This document shows positions 10,347-18,430 of a stretch of DNA of 64,000 nt, in pieces. A program made the translations under genes and the position numbers. Every line of letters starts with the position of its first letter. Positions within the stretch are counted from its first letter, which is position 1. This DNA comes from a virus. Lineage: Duplodnaviria > Heunggongvirae > Uroviricota > Caudoviricetes. The notes beneath the pieces are model-generated. The model did no database searches, was not told the origin of the DNA, and saw nothing but the letters and a program-made list of their open reading frames with translations. The stretch lies in IMG/VR virus record IMGVR_UViG_3300006217_000028. One strand, 5' to 3'.

Positions 10347-11449
10347 TGGCAGATATTTCTTCACAGCTCCAAAAAATACTGGAAGCCATATATGGCGAAG
10401 AGGTCCGAGGTTCTATCCATGACGCTCTGGCGGCCATGAATGTGGAATCCAACGCCGCCATGGAGTTTGCGGCTACGGCAAAGGATTCCGCTATGAACAG
10501 CGCTGCTGCCGCAAAGGCATCAGAGGAGAAAGCAGCCCTGTCCGAATCAGCAGCCAAAGAATCCGAAACTAACGCCGCTGCATCAGAGCAAGCAGCGTTT
10601 GAAAGCGCGTCAGAATCTATTGACGCGGCAAATGCCGCTAAAAATTCTGAAATAAATTCCGCCGCATCCGAGGCCGCAGCTAAGGCATCCGAAACCAATG
10701 CCGCCAACTCCGAATCAGCAGCAAAAGAATCGGAGACTAACGCTGCCGTATCGGCAGCCACTGCTACAGAGAAAGCGGCGGCATCCTCCGCCTCAGCAGA
10801 GGCCGCAAAAGCGTCCGAGGAAAAAGCCGCCGTATCAGAGAATGCCGCTAAGACTTCGGAGACCAACGCCGCATCCTCTGCCTCCACCGCGTCTGAAAAA
10901 GCGGCCGAGGCGTCTTCTTCCGCGTCTGCCGCAAAGGTTTCCGAAGCGAACGCCTCTGATTCTGAAGTGGCCGCGAAAAAGTCAGAGGTTAACGCGTCCG
11001 CATCCGCCAATGCCGCTGCGGCAAGCGAAACAAACGCAAAGGCCTCTGAAACAAGCGCCGCTCAATCTGCCGCTCACGCCATACAGGAGAGAGAAGACTA
11101 CTCCCAATGGGTGGAACAGCAGGAGGCCGCTTTTACTCAGTGGTTCGATGGTATTAAGGAACAATTTGGCGACGACGTTGCGGGCAATCTTACCAACCAG
11201 ATTAACAAAGAAGAAATCGACAGAATCCTGAGTGCGGGTTTTGCGGACGGCGTCAAGGAGTTCAGTGAGGACGGCACAACTATCACCATGACCGCTCCGG
11301 ATGGCCGGACTCTTACCAAGACCTTCACCAACAGCTTTCAGACCATGACGGCTGTTCTCAGGAAAGCCGATAAGACCGTTGCTGCCACACTGACAAAAGA
11401 GTTTGCGGCAGACGGAAGTACAATCAGCACGACTATAACCTACTCATGA
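10346..11449 (+). CDS. Structural protein with Ala/Ser/Glu-rich low-complexity repeats (putative fibre shaft or stalk)
   Basis: 367 aa. The central 200 aa are 10-11-residue repeats (AAKxSETNAAxSExAAKESETNAA). Globular N- and C-terminal ends. Located between Tal and the DGR-targeted fibre gene. Confidence 0.5.
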   Translation: MADISSQLQKILEAIYGEEVRGSIHDALAAMNVESNAAMEFAATAKDSAMNSAAAAKASEEKAALSESAAKESETNAAASEQAAFESASESIDAANAAKNSEINSAASEAAAKASETNAANSESAAKESETNAAVSAATATEKAAASSASAEAAKASEEKAAVSENAAKTSETNAASSASTASEKAAEASSSASAAKVSEANASDSEVAAKKSEVNASASANAAAASETNAKASETSAAQSAAHAIQEREDYSQWVEQQEAAFTQWFDGIKEQFGDDVAGNLTNQINKEEIDRILSAGFADGVKEFSEDGTTITMTAPDGRTLTKTFTNSFQTMTAVLRKADKTVAATLTKEFAADGSTISTTITYS

Positions 11450-11465
11450 AAGGAGAGAATTCAAA

Positions 11466-13976
11466 ATGGCAGAAGAAGATATGCTCTACGGCAAAGCACG
11501 GCATCTTTTCGGCGGCATCGAGCCGTCCAACATGAAAGCTTTTTCCGTAACCGCACCGGGCAGCGGTAGGCCGGTTATCACAGCGGTTCTGCCGGACAAT
11601 ACCGTTATCGATGGTCAGACCCTGTGTACTGTGGCGGGGGCCGTGATTCGCAAAAAGTCCACCGGCTACCCCAAGGACGAGTTCGATGGGGAGAAGGTAG
11701 CGGAAATCGCGGAATCTACTACCTTCACAGACGTCACTGCCAATGCGGACGGCACCTATTATTACGCGGCTTATCCGTTTACCACGCAGGGTGTATATAA
11801 CCGCAACCCGGCTAACCGGGCCGTGTTCAACGAACCAGAGCCTATGGCTGCTTTCACTTCCCGACTGGTATACAGTTCCGCGTCCCAGACCTCCCATGTG
11901 GAGCTGACCGCCACTCTGCCTCGGGGTGCGGCCGGAGCGGTGATTCGTAAATCCACCGTGGGCTATCCACAGGACGAGGAAGACGGCGAGGCGTTCCAGA
12001 ACATCACCGCCAGCACGGTTATCACAGACACAGACGTGGAAGAGGACGTCACCTATTACTATAGCGCCTTTGTCTACACCAGTACCGGAGCTTACAACCG
12101 AGACCCGGCCAACCGGACAAGCTGCACCGTATACGCGGGAGAAGCCCCGGACGACATGGCCGCTTTCAGTGTTGTATGCGACGCGGTCAATCAGGCGAAA
12201 ATCACGGCAACTCTTCCTGGCAACAAGACCGAAGGTGATGTTGAGATTTGCACTGTGGCCGGCGCCATTATTCGCCGCAAGACAGGCAGCTACCCAGTCA
12301 ACGAGACGGACGGCGAGGAAGTTACCGATTTGAAACAGAGCGGTACTTACACCGATATGGGCCTGACCGGCGATACAATCTACTATTACGCCGCTTTCCC
12401 CTACTCCGACCGGGGGATGTTCAACCGTAACCAGACTGCGGAAAATCAGGCAAGCTGTAAGGTGTTCGCTCCGGTTGCTCCCGGCAATATGAAAACATTC
12501 TCTGCCAGTTCCGCGGCCGCCGGCAAAATTGTCCTGACCGCCACTCTGCCGGACAATACCGTAGAGAGCGGGGTGACTACCAGTGCCGTGGCGGGCGTTA
12601 TGATCCGCAGGAAGCTGGACGGCTATCCCGCCAATGAAACAGATGGGACCCTGGTGGCAAACCTGACCGAGAGCGGAACCTACACGGATACGGACATTGT
12701 GGGCGGGCAGATGTACTACTATGGGGCGTTCCCCTATTCCGACAAAGGCCTGTACAATCAAAATGCGGTTCCGGACAATCAGGCCAGCGCCGAGGGTAAG
12801 ACCTATGAGTATCTCTATGGCTATGACCTGGACACTGCCAACAGCAATCCGGCTACCCGGGTCACTTACCCCGCAGACGTGGACAACACGGGCTTTGCCG
12901 CGGCAAAGATGGGAACCAGCGCGTTTAACTATGGCGGCTGGCCCAGCACTCCGGGCGAGAAATTCATGCCCAGGCCCTGTATGCTGACTTTTGCGGGAAA
13001 AGTAGACCACTACCTGAACCCCAATGACTATACAAAGAAAACAGATGGCACGGCCTCTAAAGTTGCGGATACATCCTTTGGCGGAAACGCCATGATGGAA
13101 TGGCCCAAAATCTTTGTAAAGCGTTGGCAGGAGGGCAATATCTACCACTTCCGTGTCTCTGATGTGAAGCTGGATGACGATTTCGAGTGCTGGTCCAACT
13201 ATGACCTCCAGAATCATGAGATTGAGCACTTCTACACGCCAATCTTCTTCGGCTCCAATGTTTCCAGTAAACTTCGCTCCATCAGTGGCCAGGCGAACAG
13301 CGTGTCGACTACTGCTGACCAGGAAATCACCTATGCCAAGGCAAACGGCGCGGACTGGTACACCGAGGTTGTGGCGGACCGTATGCTAATCAACGACTTG
13401 CTGACCATGATGGCCAAGTCTACCGATTTGCAGACCGCGTATGGCTCCGGCAGAACAAAGAGTTCCAACAGCAGCGCGATAGCTCCTGGTACCATGAACA
13501 CAAAAGGAATGTTCTGGGGTTCCACGAATGGTACGGACGGCGTCAAGGTTTTTGGCATGGAAAACTGGTGGGGGAACATTTGGCGGCGTATTGCCGGGTG
13601 GATGCTGGTAAATAGCGTTCAGAAAGTCAAGCTGACTCGCGGAACGAAAGACGGAACTACCGCAGCCGATTATAATACTACCGGCGATGGATATAAGTCT
13701 CTGAGTAATGCTGCGCCTACTGGTTCCAGCGGCGGCTACATTTCAAAATGTAAAACCGAGAAGTTTGGGCGGTTCCCATACGAGTTGTCGGGTTCGGCCA
13801 CAACCTTTGAGTGTGATGCTATGTGGTATTCCACTGGAACACGATACGCGTATGTCGGCGGCGGCTGGAACGATTACCTTCGAGCGGGTCCCTTCTGCGT
13901 GAACCTGGACAATGCGCCGTCGTACTCCAACTCGAGCCGTGGCGCGGCCCTCTCTTGTAAACCGCTTGCGGCCTAG
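11466..13976 (+). CDS. DGR target protein: putative receptor-binding tail fibre with 4-5 tandem about 100-aa Ig/FN3-like repeats and a C-terminal VR-bearing C-type-lectin/FGE-like domain
   Basis: 836 aa. Repeats such as TATLPDNTVxxG..CTVAGAxIRxKxxGYPxxExDGxxV...GTYTD....YYYAAFPYxxxGxxNRN occur 4-5 times (nt 11520-12790). The last about 37 codons are the DGR variable repeat, with ...YAYVGGGWNDYLRAGPFCVNLDNAPSYSNSSRGAAL reminiscent of CLec/FGE-fold VR scaffolds. Confidence 0.75.
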   Translation: MAEEDMLYGKARHLFGGIEPSNMKAFSVTAPGSGRPVITAVLPDNTVIDGQTLCTVAGAVIRKKSTGYPKDEFDGEKVAEIAESTTFTDVTANADGTYYYAAYPFTTQGVYNRNPANRAVFNEPEPMAAFTSRLVYSSASQTSHVELTATLPRGAAGAVIRKSTVGYPQDEEDGEAFQNITASTVITDTDVEEDVTYYYSAFVYTSTGAYNRDPANRTSCTVYAGEAPDDMAAFSVVCDAVNQAKITATLPGNKTEGDVEICTVAGAIIRRKTGSYPVNETDGEEVTDLKQSGTYTDMGLTGDTIYYYAAFPYSDRGMFNRNQTAENQASCKVFAPVAPGNMKTFSASSAAAGKIVLTATLPDNTVESGVTTSAVAGVMIRRKLDGYPANETDGTLVANLTESGTYTDTDIVGGQMYYYGAFPYSDKGLYNQNAVPDNQASAEGKTYEYLYGYDLDTANSNPATRVTYPADVDNTGFAAAKMGTSAFNYGGWPSTPGEKFMPRPCMLTFAGKVDHYLNPNDYTKKTDGTASKVADTSFGGNAMMEWPKIFVKRWQEGNIYHFRVSDVKLDDDFECWSNYDLQNHEIEHFYTPIFFGSNVSSKLRSISGQANSVSTTADQEITYAKANGADWYTEVVADRMLINDLLTMMAKSTDLQTAYGSGRTKSSNSSAIAPGTMNTKGMFWGSTNGTDGVKVFGMENWWGNIWRRIAGWMLVNSVQKVKLTRGTKDGTTAADYNTTGDGYKSLSNAAPTGSSGGYISKCKTEKFGRFPYELSGSATTFECDAMWYSTGTRYAYVGGGWNDYLRAGPFCVNLDNAPSYSNSSRGAALSCKPLAA
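13837..13947 (+). repeat. DGR variable repeat (VR), 3-prime end of the fibre gene
   Basis: About 111 bp roughly 88 percent identical to 14428-14538. At the differing positions the template copy has A, while this copy has G, T or C. Confidence 0.8.
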
Positions 13977-13992
13977 GAGAGGTCTGGAGAAC
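13975..13992 (+). promoter_or_regulatory. Perfect 18-bp palindrome GGAGAACCTAGGTTCTCC just after the VR and fibre stop (possible hairpin/cruciform target-recognition element)
   Basis: Its reverse complement equals itself. Lies 27 bp after the VR homology ends. No following T-run, so it is not a classic terminator. Confidence 0.5.
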
Positions 13993-14019
13993 CTAGGTTC
14001 TCCGGGAAAACGATGGCTA

Positions 14020-14343
14020 CTAGAGCATGGACGCTAGGCATTTAAGTTCGGCTACTTCATCCGCAGTTATTTCAGCGTCATCCCACTCTGAGACTTCAAC
14101 GGCGTGCATGGCGAATGCCGCGTATAGTTTCGGATCGTCCTTGATTTTGTTGACGAATAGTGACGCGCGATTTAATGCGGATTTGTTCATGGCCATCATG
14201 TCTTGTTGGGAAATGCTATATTTTACATGCACGTCTTCGATAACCTGTCTGAAGATGTAGCTGGCCAGTGCTTTTGCGTGAGCATCCGGTATGCTGTATG
14301 CTGTTCGTAAGAATAAAGCGCCCAGTTCATCCATAAGTTCCAT
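14020..14343 (-). CDS. Hypothetical 107-aa helical protein encoded antisense between VR and TR (candidate DGR accessory gene; not recognisably Avd)
   Basis: Clean ORF on the minus strand. The overlapping + strand ORF (14027-14260) is Ser-rich and looks spurious. The protein is acidic and helical, unlike basic Avd proteins. Confidence 0.4.
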   Translation of the reverse strand: MELMDELGALFLRTAYSIPDAHAKALASYIFRQVIEDVHVKYSISQQDMMAMNKSALNRASLFVNKIKDDPKLYAAFAMHAVEVSEWDDAEITADEVAELKCLASML

Positions 14344-14427
14344 CTCCTTGCTGCTTTTTCATAGATTATATCATTCTGTGGAAAAAGATGCAAGGTTCTG
14401 ATTTTAGGGGTATGCGCTGCGCCTGCG

Positions 14428-14538
14428 CGCGTATGTCGGCGGCAACTGGAACAATAACCTTCAAGCGGGTCCCTTCTACGTGAACCTGAACAATGCGCCG
14501 TCGAACTCCAACTCGAACATTGGCGCGGCCCAATCTTA
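14428..14538 (+). repeat. DGR template repeat (TR)
   Basis: Non-coding copy of the VR placed 130 bp upstream of the RT gene. Rich in AAC/AAT codons in the VR frame (AAC TGG AAC AAT AAC ... AAC TCC AAC TCG AAC ATT). About 14 mismatches to the VR, 13 of them at TR adenines. Confidence 0.8.
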
Positions 14539-14670
14539 TCCAATACATGGTAATATGTTTCTCGATTTTTAATGCAGCGCATATTCCTCACCCCTTGGTG
14601 AAAATCAACTCGATGCAAGCGCCTGCCGGTAGCTGAAAAAGGACGAAAGCGGGCGAGAGGATAAGAGAGA

Positions 14671-15774
14671 ATGAAATCCTACACTCACTTGTATGAAATA
14701 TGTACATCCGAACAAAACAGAATAAGAAGCGTGCAGTCGGCCAAGAAGAGCAAGCGTATCCGAAACATCATCAAGGCCCGGCATTTGTCTGACGCGGCTC
14801 TGGCGGAAAAATCCCGTGATTGGATTATCAATTACGAGATCAAGGAGCATGACCCCATTTATATTTTAGATGGGATCAGCCATAAGCAGCGGACAATCTA
14901 TGTGCCGACCTTGGAAGAGCTTATTGTCCAGCACTGCGTAGTGAACGCTCTCAAGCCCATGTTCTATAAAGGTATGTATGAGCACAGCTATGCCAGTCTG
15001 CCGGGACGAGGCTCCCACAAAGCCAAAAAGGTCATTGAGAAGTGGATTCGCACTGACGGGAAGAATGTAAAGTATGTCTTAAAAATGGACATCAGGCATT
15101 TCTTTGACAGCGTTCCCCACGATGTTCTCAAGGCAAAGCTCTCCAAACACATTCATGACGAGCTTATGCTGGATTTGCTGTTTAAGATTATTGACACCAC
15201 GGACGAGGGGATTCCTCTGGGGTTTCACACCTCCCAGTGGCTGGCAAACTGGTTCCTGCAAGGATTGGACCATTACATCAAGGAACAGCTCCAAGCAGCC
15301 CATTATGTCCGGTATATGGATGATATGGTGATTTTCGGCAGCAATAAAAAAGCCCTCCACAAGATGCGTCAGGCAATTTCGGAGTATCTTGGAAAAGAGC
15401 TTGGTCTTGCGTTAAAAGGAAATTGGCAGGTGTTCCGGTTCTCCTATGTGAAGAATGGCGAATACCTGGGGAGAGACCTTGACTTTATGGGATTCCGGTT
15501 TTACCGGGACCACACTGTTTTGCGGAGAAGTATCATGTACAAGGCCAGTAGGAAAGCGAAAAAACTTGCGTCAAAGGCCAGACCAACTGTTTACGACGCC
15601 CGGCAGATGCTATCGTATCTTGGCTGGATCAAGTCCACAGACACCTATTCTATGTATTCAAAATGGATTAAACCTTACGTCAACTTCAAGAACTTGAAAC
15701 GAAAGGTATCCAAGTCTGACAAGAATAATCCCTTACAGATATATTACCGGCTGGCGAGGGTTTATCAAACATAA
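14671..15774 (+). CDS. DGR reverse transcriptase
   Basis: 367 aa. RT motifs RTIYVPTLEELIVQHCVVNALKP (motifs 1-2). GIPLGFHTSQWLANWFL matches the DGR-specific (I/L)GxxxSQ form of the QGxxxSP motif. YVRYMDDMVIFG is the YxDD catalytic motif. The size is typical of DGR RTs. Confidence 0.85.
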   Translation: MKSYTHLYEICTSEQNRIRSVQSAKKSKRIRNIIKARHLSDAALAEKSRDWIINYEIKEHDPIYILDGISHKQRTIYVPTLEELIVQHCVVNALKPMFYKGMYEHSYASLPGRGSHKAKKVIEKWIRTDGKNVKYVLKMDIRHFFDSVPHDVLKAKLSKHIHDELMLDLLFKIIDTTDEGIPLGFHTSQWLANWFLQGLDHYIKEQLQAAHYVRYMDDMVIFGSNKKALHKMRQAISEYLGKELGLALKGNWQVFRFSYVKNGEYLGRDLDFMGFRFYRDHTVLRRSIMYKASRKAKKLASKARPTVYDARQMLSYLGWIKSTDTYSMYSKWIKPYVNFKNLKRKVSKSDKNNPLQIYYRLARVYQT

Positions 15775-15789
15775 AAAGGAGGCGGTTTC

Positions 15790-16080
15790 ATGGAACCTAC
15801 TTACCGGTATTCCGAAAGCACCGTCCGGCCAGAGCAGGTCCAGATTTCCGGCGATACCGTATATCTGCGCAAGGACATCAAAGAATCCAAGCGCGAAGAT
15901 ATGAACGGCGGGACAGTCAGCTATTGGACGTACCAGGAGGCGGCTATGTCAACCGAGGAGTTCAACCGGAATTCCAGCGCTCTTCTCCTGAAGAGGCAGT
16001 TGAACAGCGACGGCGACATGCTGGCCATTATGGAGGCCATGGCTGATATGTATGACGTGCTGGCTATGCTGATGGAGTAA
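15790..16080 (+). CDS. Hypothetical phage protein (96 aa)
   Basis: RBS AAAAGGAGG 7 nt upstream. Confidence 0.5.
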   Translation: MEPTYRYSESTVRPEQVQISGDTVYLRKDIKESKREDMNGGTVSYWTYQEAAMSTEEFNRNSSALLLKRQLNSDGDMLAIMEAMADMYDVLAMLME

Positions 16081-16086
16081 AGTGCA

Positions 16087-16215
16087 ATGAAAAAGAACTG
16101 GGATGATTGGGGCAATTTATGCGTTATCATTGGGAACATCATCTTGTATGGTGGAATCCTTTCGTTCGTAGGCTTTATTGCCCTTCTCGCAATATTGATT
16201 CGAAAGGGCTGTTGA
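16087..16215 (+). CDS. Small hydrophobic membrane peptide (42 aa)
   Basis: MKKNWDDWGNLCVIIGNIILYGGILSFVGFIALLAILIRKGC. Weak RBS GGAG. Too short for the ORF track. Confidence 0.3.
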   Translation: MKKNWDDWGNLCVIIGNIILYGGILSFVGFIALLAILIRKGC

Positions 16216-16216
16216 C

Positions 16217-16354
16217 ATGGTAAACATCTACTGTACGCTTATCATCAATAAGCGAAGGAACTTTGATGATATCCGGGAGGACTTCAAAGAAAAAGTAAAA
16301 GCCCGACTGAAAGAACTCGGTTACGATACCAATGGCGACAAGCTGGAGGCGTGA
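16217..16354 (+). CDS. Small protein (45 aa), paralogue of 16402-16533
   Basis: MVNIYCTLIINKRRNFDDIREDFKEKVKARLKELGYDTNGDKLEA. Matches the IINGRRSFDKVPDKFKDAVRADLEALG motif of the next ORF. Confidence 0.4.
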   Translation: MVNIYCTLIINKRRNFDDIREDFKEKVKARLKELGYDTNGDKLEA

Positions 16355-16401
16355 CCGTGCTTTTTTATATTTTAACTAAACTTCTGATTGGAGGTAACAA
16401 C

Positions 16402-16533
16402 ATGGTTGCATTGTATGTAGCGCTCATTATCAACGGCAGGCGGTCTTTCGATAAGGTGCCCGACAAGTTCAAGGATGCGGTCAGGGCTGACCTGGAGGCC
16501 CTGGGCCTTACCGAGAACGGCGCCCCGGTGTAA
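16402..16533 (+). CDS. Small protein (43 aa), paralogue of 16217-16354
   Basis: RBS GGAGGT before the internal ATG of track ORF 16351-16533. Confidence 0.45.
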   Translation: MVALYVALIINGRRSFDKVPDKFKDAVRADLEALGLTENGAPV

Positions 16534-16544
16534 GGTGACCGCCT

Positions 16545-16955
16545 ATGGTTGACACCGGAAGTTGGGTACTGGTCAGCAGGCGGCTGCCGCCATATTCCAG
16601 GCCGGATTCTAAGGCAATCGAGTCCTGGTGCGGCCTTTCTGCTGATCTTGATATGCTGCCCAAAACAGGATGCACAGGCAGCACGGCTTATTGCATCGAC
16701 ACAGGAGACCGTTACATGTTTGAGGAGACTACCGATACCTGGTATCCCATGCCCTCCTCGGGTGGCAGCGGTTCAGCTCCAGAGGGGGTGGAGTCCTACA
16801 CAGGACCCTACAGCGTGACCCCGAAAGCGTCCGTGACGCAGATCCTGCCCACTTCCAGCAAATACATGAAGAACAATGTTACCGTGGCTAAAATCCCATA
16901 TTCTGAGACGAGCAACGCATCTGACGGTACCACGGTAAGCATTGCGGCAAGCTGA
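16545..16955 (+). CDS. Hypothetical protein (136 aa) sharing its C-terminal module with 18431-19024
   Basis: C-terminus ...QILPTSSKYMKNNVTVAKIPYSETSNASDGTTVSI resembles ...QIVLPDEEYNCLSQVTVAAIPYVEAENAAGGTTVTI. Confidence 0.5.
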   Translation: MVDTGSWVLVSRRLPPYSRPDSKAIESWCGLSADLDMLPKTGCTGSTAYCIDTGDRYMFEETTDTWYPMPSSGGSGSAPEGVESYTGPYSVTPKASVTQILPTSSKYMKNNVTVAKIPYSETSNASDGTTVSIAAS

Positions 16956-16970
16956 TGGAGGTGATGGATA

Positions 16971-17306
16971 ATGGAAGGTGAATTCATTTCACGAGCTGAG
17001 CACGAGGAGTTCCGGCGCAGTATGGACGCCGAGCACCAGCGTCTGGAAGACGAAAATAACCGTCAGAACCGCCGCTTAGAAATCCTGGAAAGCGCCACTA
17101 AACAAATCGGGGACATTTCTACATCGGTAGAAAAGCTAGCTCTGAACATGGAGAATATGCTTAAGGAGCAGATTTCCCAGGGTAAACGCTTGACCGTGCT
17201 GGAGAGCCAGGATGGGCAGAAGTGGCGTCAGTTTGTGGGATATATCTTTGCAGCCGCTGTGGGTGTTATTGTCGGCTTTTTGTTTAAGCAGGCCGGGATT
17301 TTTTAA
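16971..17306 (+). CDS. XhlA-family haemolysin-like lysis-associated membrane protein
   Basis: 111 aa. N-terminal coiled coil (RRLEILESATKQIGDISTSVEKLALNMENMLKEQ) plus a C-terminal transmembrane helix (FVGYIFAAAVGVIVGFLF). Sits next to the holin. Confidence 0.6.
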   Translation: MEGEFISRAEHEEFRRSMDAEHQRLEDENNRQNRRLEILESATKQIGDISTSVEKLALNMENMLKEQISQGKRLTVLESQDGQKWRQFVGYIFAAAVGVIVGFLFKQAGIF

Positions 17307-17338
17307 CATCAAATATCATGAAGTGGGAGGAATAATCT

Positions 17339-17590
17339 ATGGATTTTGGAAAGGCAATCGAGGCTGTAAAGGCGGGTAGGAAAGCATCCCGCGCTGGATG
17401 GAACGGCAAAGGCCAGTATATCGAGCTGGCTGCCTGCGTCAGCTATAAAAATGCAGCCGGAGAAATCATCAACGTAAACCATGACGCGCTCGGCAACAAT
17501 GCGATTGCGTTTGTCGGTACTTCCGGCGTGCAGCTCGGTTGGCTGGCCTCTCAGGCAGATATGCTTGCCGAGGATTGGCAGATTCTGTAA
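17339..17590 (+). CDS. DUF2829-like phage protein
   Basis: MDFGKAIEAVKAGRKASRAGWNGKGQYI... is the characteristic DUF2829 N-terminus. Confidence 0.5.
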   Translation: MDFGKAIEAVKAGRKASRAGWNGKGQYIELAACVSYKNAAGEIINVNHDALGNNAIAFVGTSGVQLGWLASQADMLAEDWQIL

Positions 17591-17607
17591 GAGAAGAGGA
17601 AACAGAC

Positions 17608-17871
17608 ATGGTTGATAAAAACACTGGCGCCGAAGTTATCTTTTTGTGCGATGGTAAGGCTTGCCCAGAGGATAAAAAGGTAAACTGTTTTACCCAGCAA
17701 CCTGAAGAACGAACCCTCAACAGCTTCACTCATGAACCGGATAAGCCCTGTCGCCATACCGCAGACATAAGGCACGCCGTGAATTTTGAGGATTTCCACT
17801 CTGATGGAACGGCGTTTTGCGAGATAATTAAGGAGGAACTTCGCGACACGGTCTACTTCTGCAAGGGCTAG
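17608..17871 (+). CDS. Cys-rich small protein (87 aa), C-terminal AVNFxxF motif shared with 19561-19765
   Basis: RBS GAGGAAACAGAC before ATG 17608. Confidence 0.4.
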   Translation: MVDKNTGAEVIFLCDGKACPEDKKVNCFTQQPEERTLNSFTHEPDKPCRHTADIRHAVNFEDFHSDGTAFCEIIKEELRDTVYFCKG

Positions 17872-17956
17872 GAGAACGCTCGCGGGTGTAAGTTCGAACA
17901 CACGATCGCCGGGGCATATGGCCTAAACATTATGTACGACGAGTAGGAGGGTTCTT

Positions 17957-18160
17957 GTGAGAGCCATTATTATCGAAGGAAGTGTTAAGGAAATTTCTGA
18001 GTTTGTAAAAGGGCTCGAAAAAGAAAAAACCATTTATGATCTCGAAATGGAGATTTACGAGAAAACGCATTCAGGGCATAAAAGAACCATTTTTAGCTCA
18101 GAGGAAGCACCGAAAGAAGACAAGGACATTTCTGAGCATTTTGCAGCAAATAAGGAGTGA
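17957..18160 (+). CDS. Hypothetical small protein (67 aa)
   Basis: GTG start with RBS AGGAGGG. Lys/Glu-rich. Confidence 0.35.
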   Translation: MRAIIIEGSVKEISEFVKGLEKEKTIYDLEMEIYEKTHSGHKRTIFSSEEAPKEDKDISEHFAANKE

Positions 18161-18166
18161 TTCAAA

Positions 18167-18427
18167 ATGAACATCAACTGGAAAGTGCGCATCGCGAACA
18201 AGCAGTTCTGGTTCTCGCTGGTACCGGCGATTCTGCTGGTTATCCAGGCTGGCGCGGCCATCTTTGGTTATACTGTGAATTTCGGCGAGCTTGGGAACAG
18301 CCTGCTGGCCTTTGTGGACGCAGTGTTCGTTATCCTGGTGCTGCTGGGCATCGTCAATGACCCCACCACCGCCGGGTACGGTGACAGTCATCGGGCAAGG
18401 CATTACGAGACTCCTTGGGAGGATTAG
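18167..18427 (+). CDS. Holin (phi-LC3 / LL-H type)
   Basis: MNINWKVRIANKQFWFSLVPAILLVIQAGAAIFG...LGIVNDPTTAGYGDS. N-terminal NWK motif, transmembrane helices, and the conserved VNDPTT segment of this holin family. Confidence 0.75.
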   Translation: MNINWKVRIANKQFWFSLVPAILLVIQAGAAIFGYTVNFGELGNSLLAFVDAVFVILVLLGIVNDPTTAGYGDSHRARHYETPWED

Positions 18428-18430
18428 CCT

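Noticed and set aside
10252-11010. 252-aa minus-strand ORF and 177-aa + frame ORF (10698-11231) overlapping the A/S/E-repeat gene
   Set aside because: Generated by the low-complexity GCN-rich repeats, which are open in several frames. Only 10346-11449 has an RBS and sensible termini.
11433-13229. 598-aa minus-strand ORF antisense to the DGR target gene
   Set aside because: Antisense shadow ORF of the fibre gene. Arg/Gly/Val-rich. The + strand frame carries the repeat architecture and the VR.
14027-14260. + strand ORF (77 aa) in the VR-TR spacer
   Set aside because: Ser-rich, low-complexity composition typical of antisense translation of the cleaner minus-strand ORF 14020-14343. No RBS.
16087-16533. 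XkdX/XkdW-type assignments for the small post-fibre ORFs
   Set aside because: Only vague resemblance by eye. Left as hypothetical paralogues pending an HMM search.
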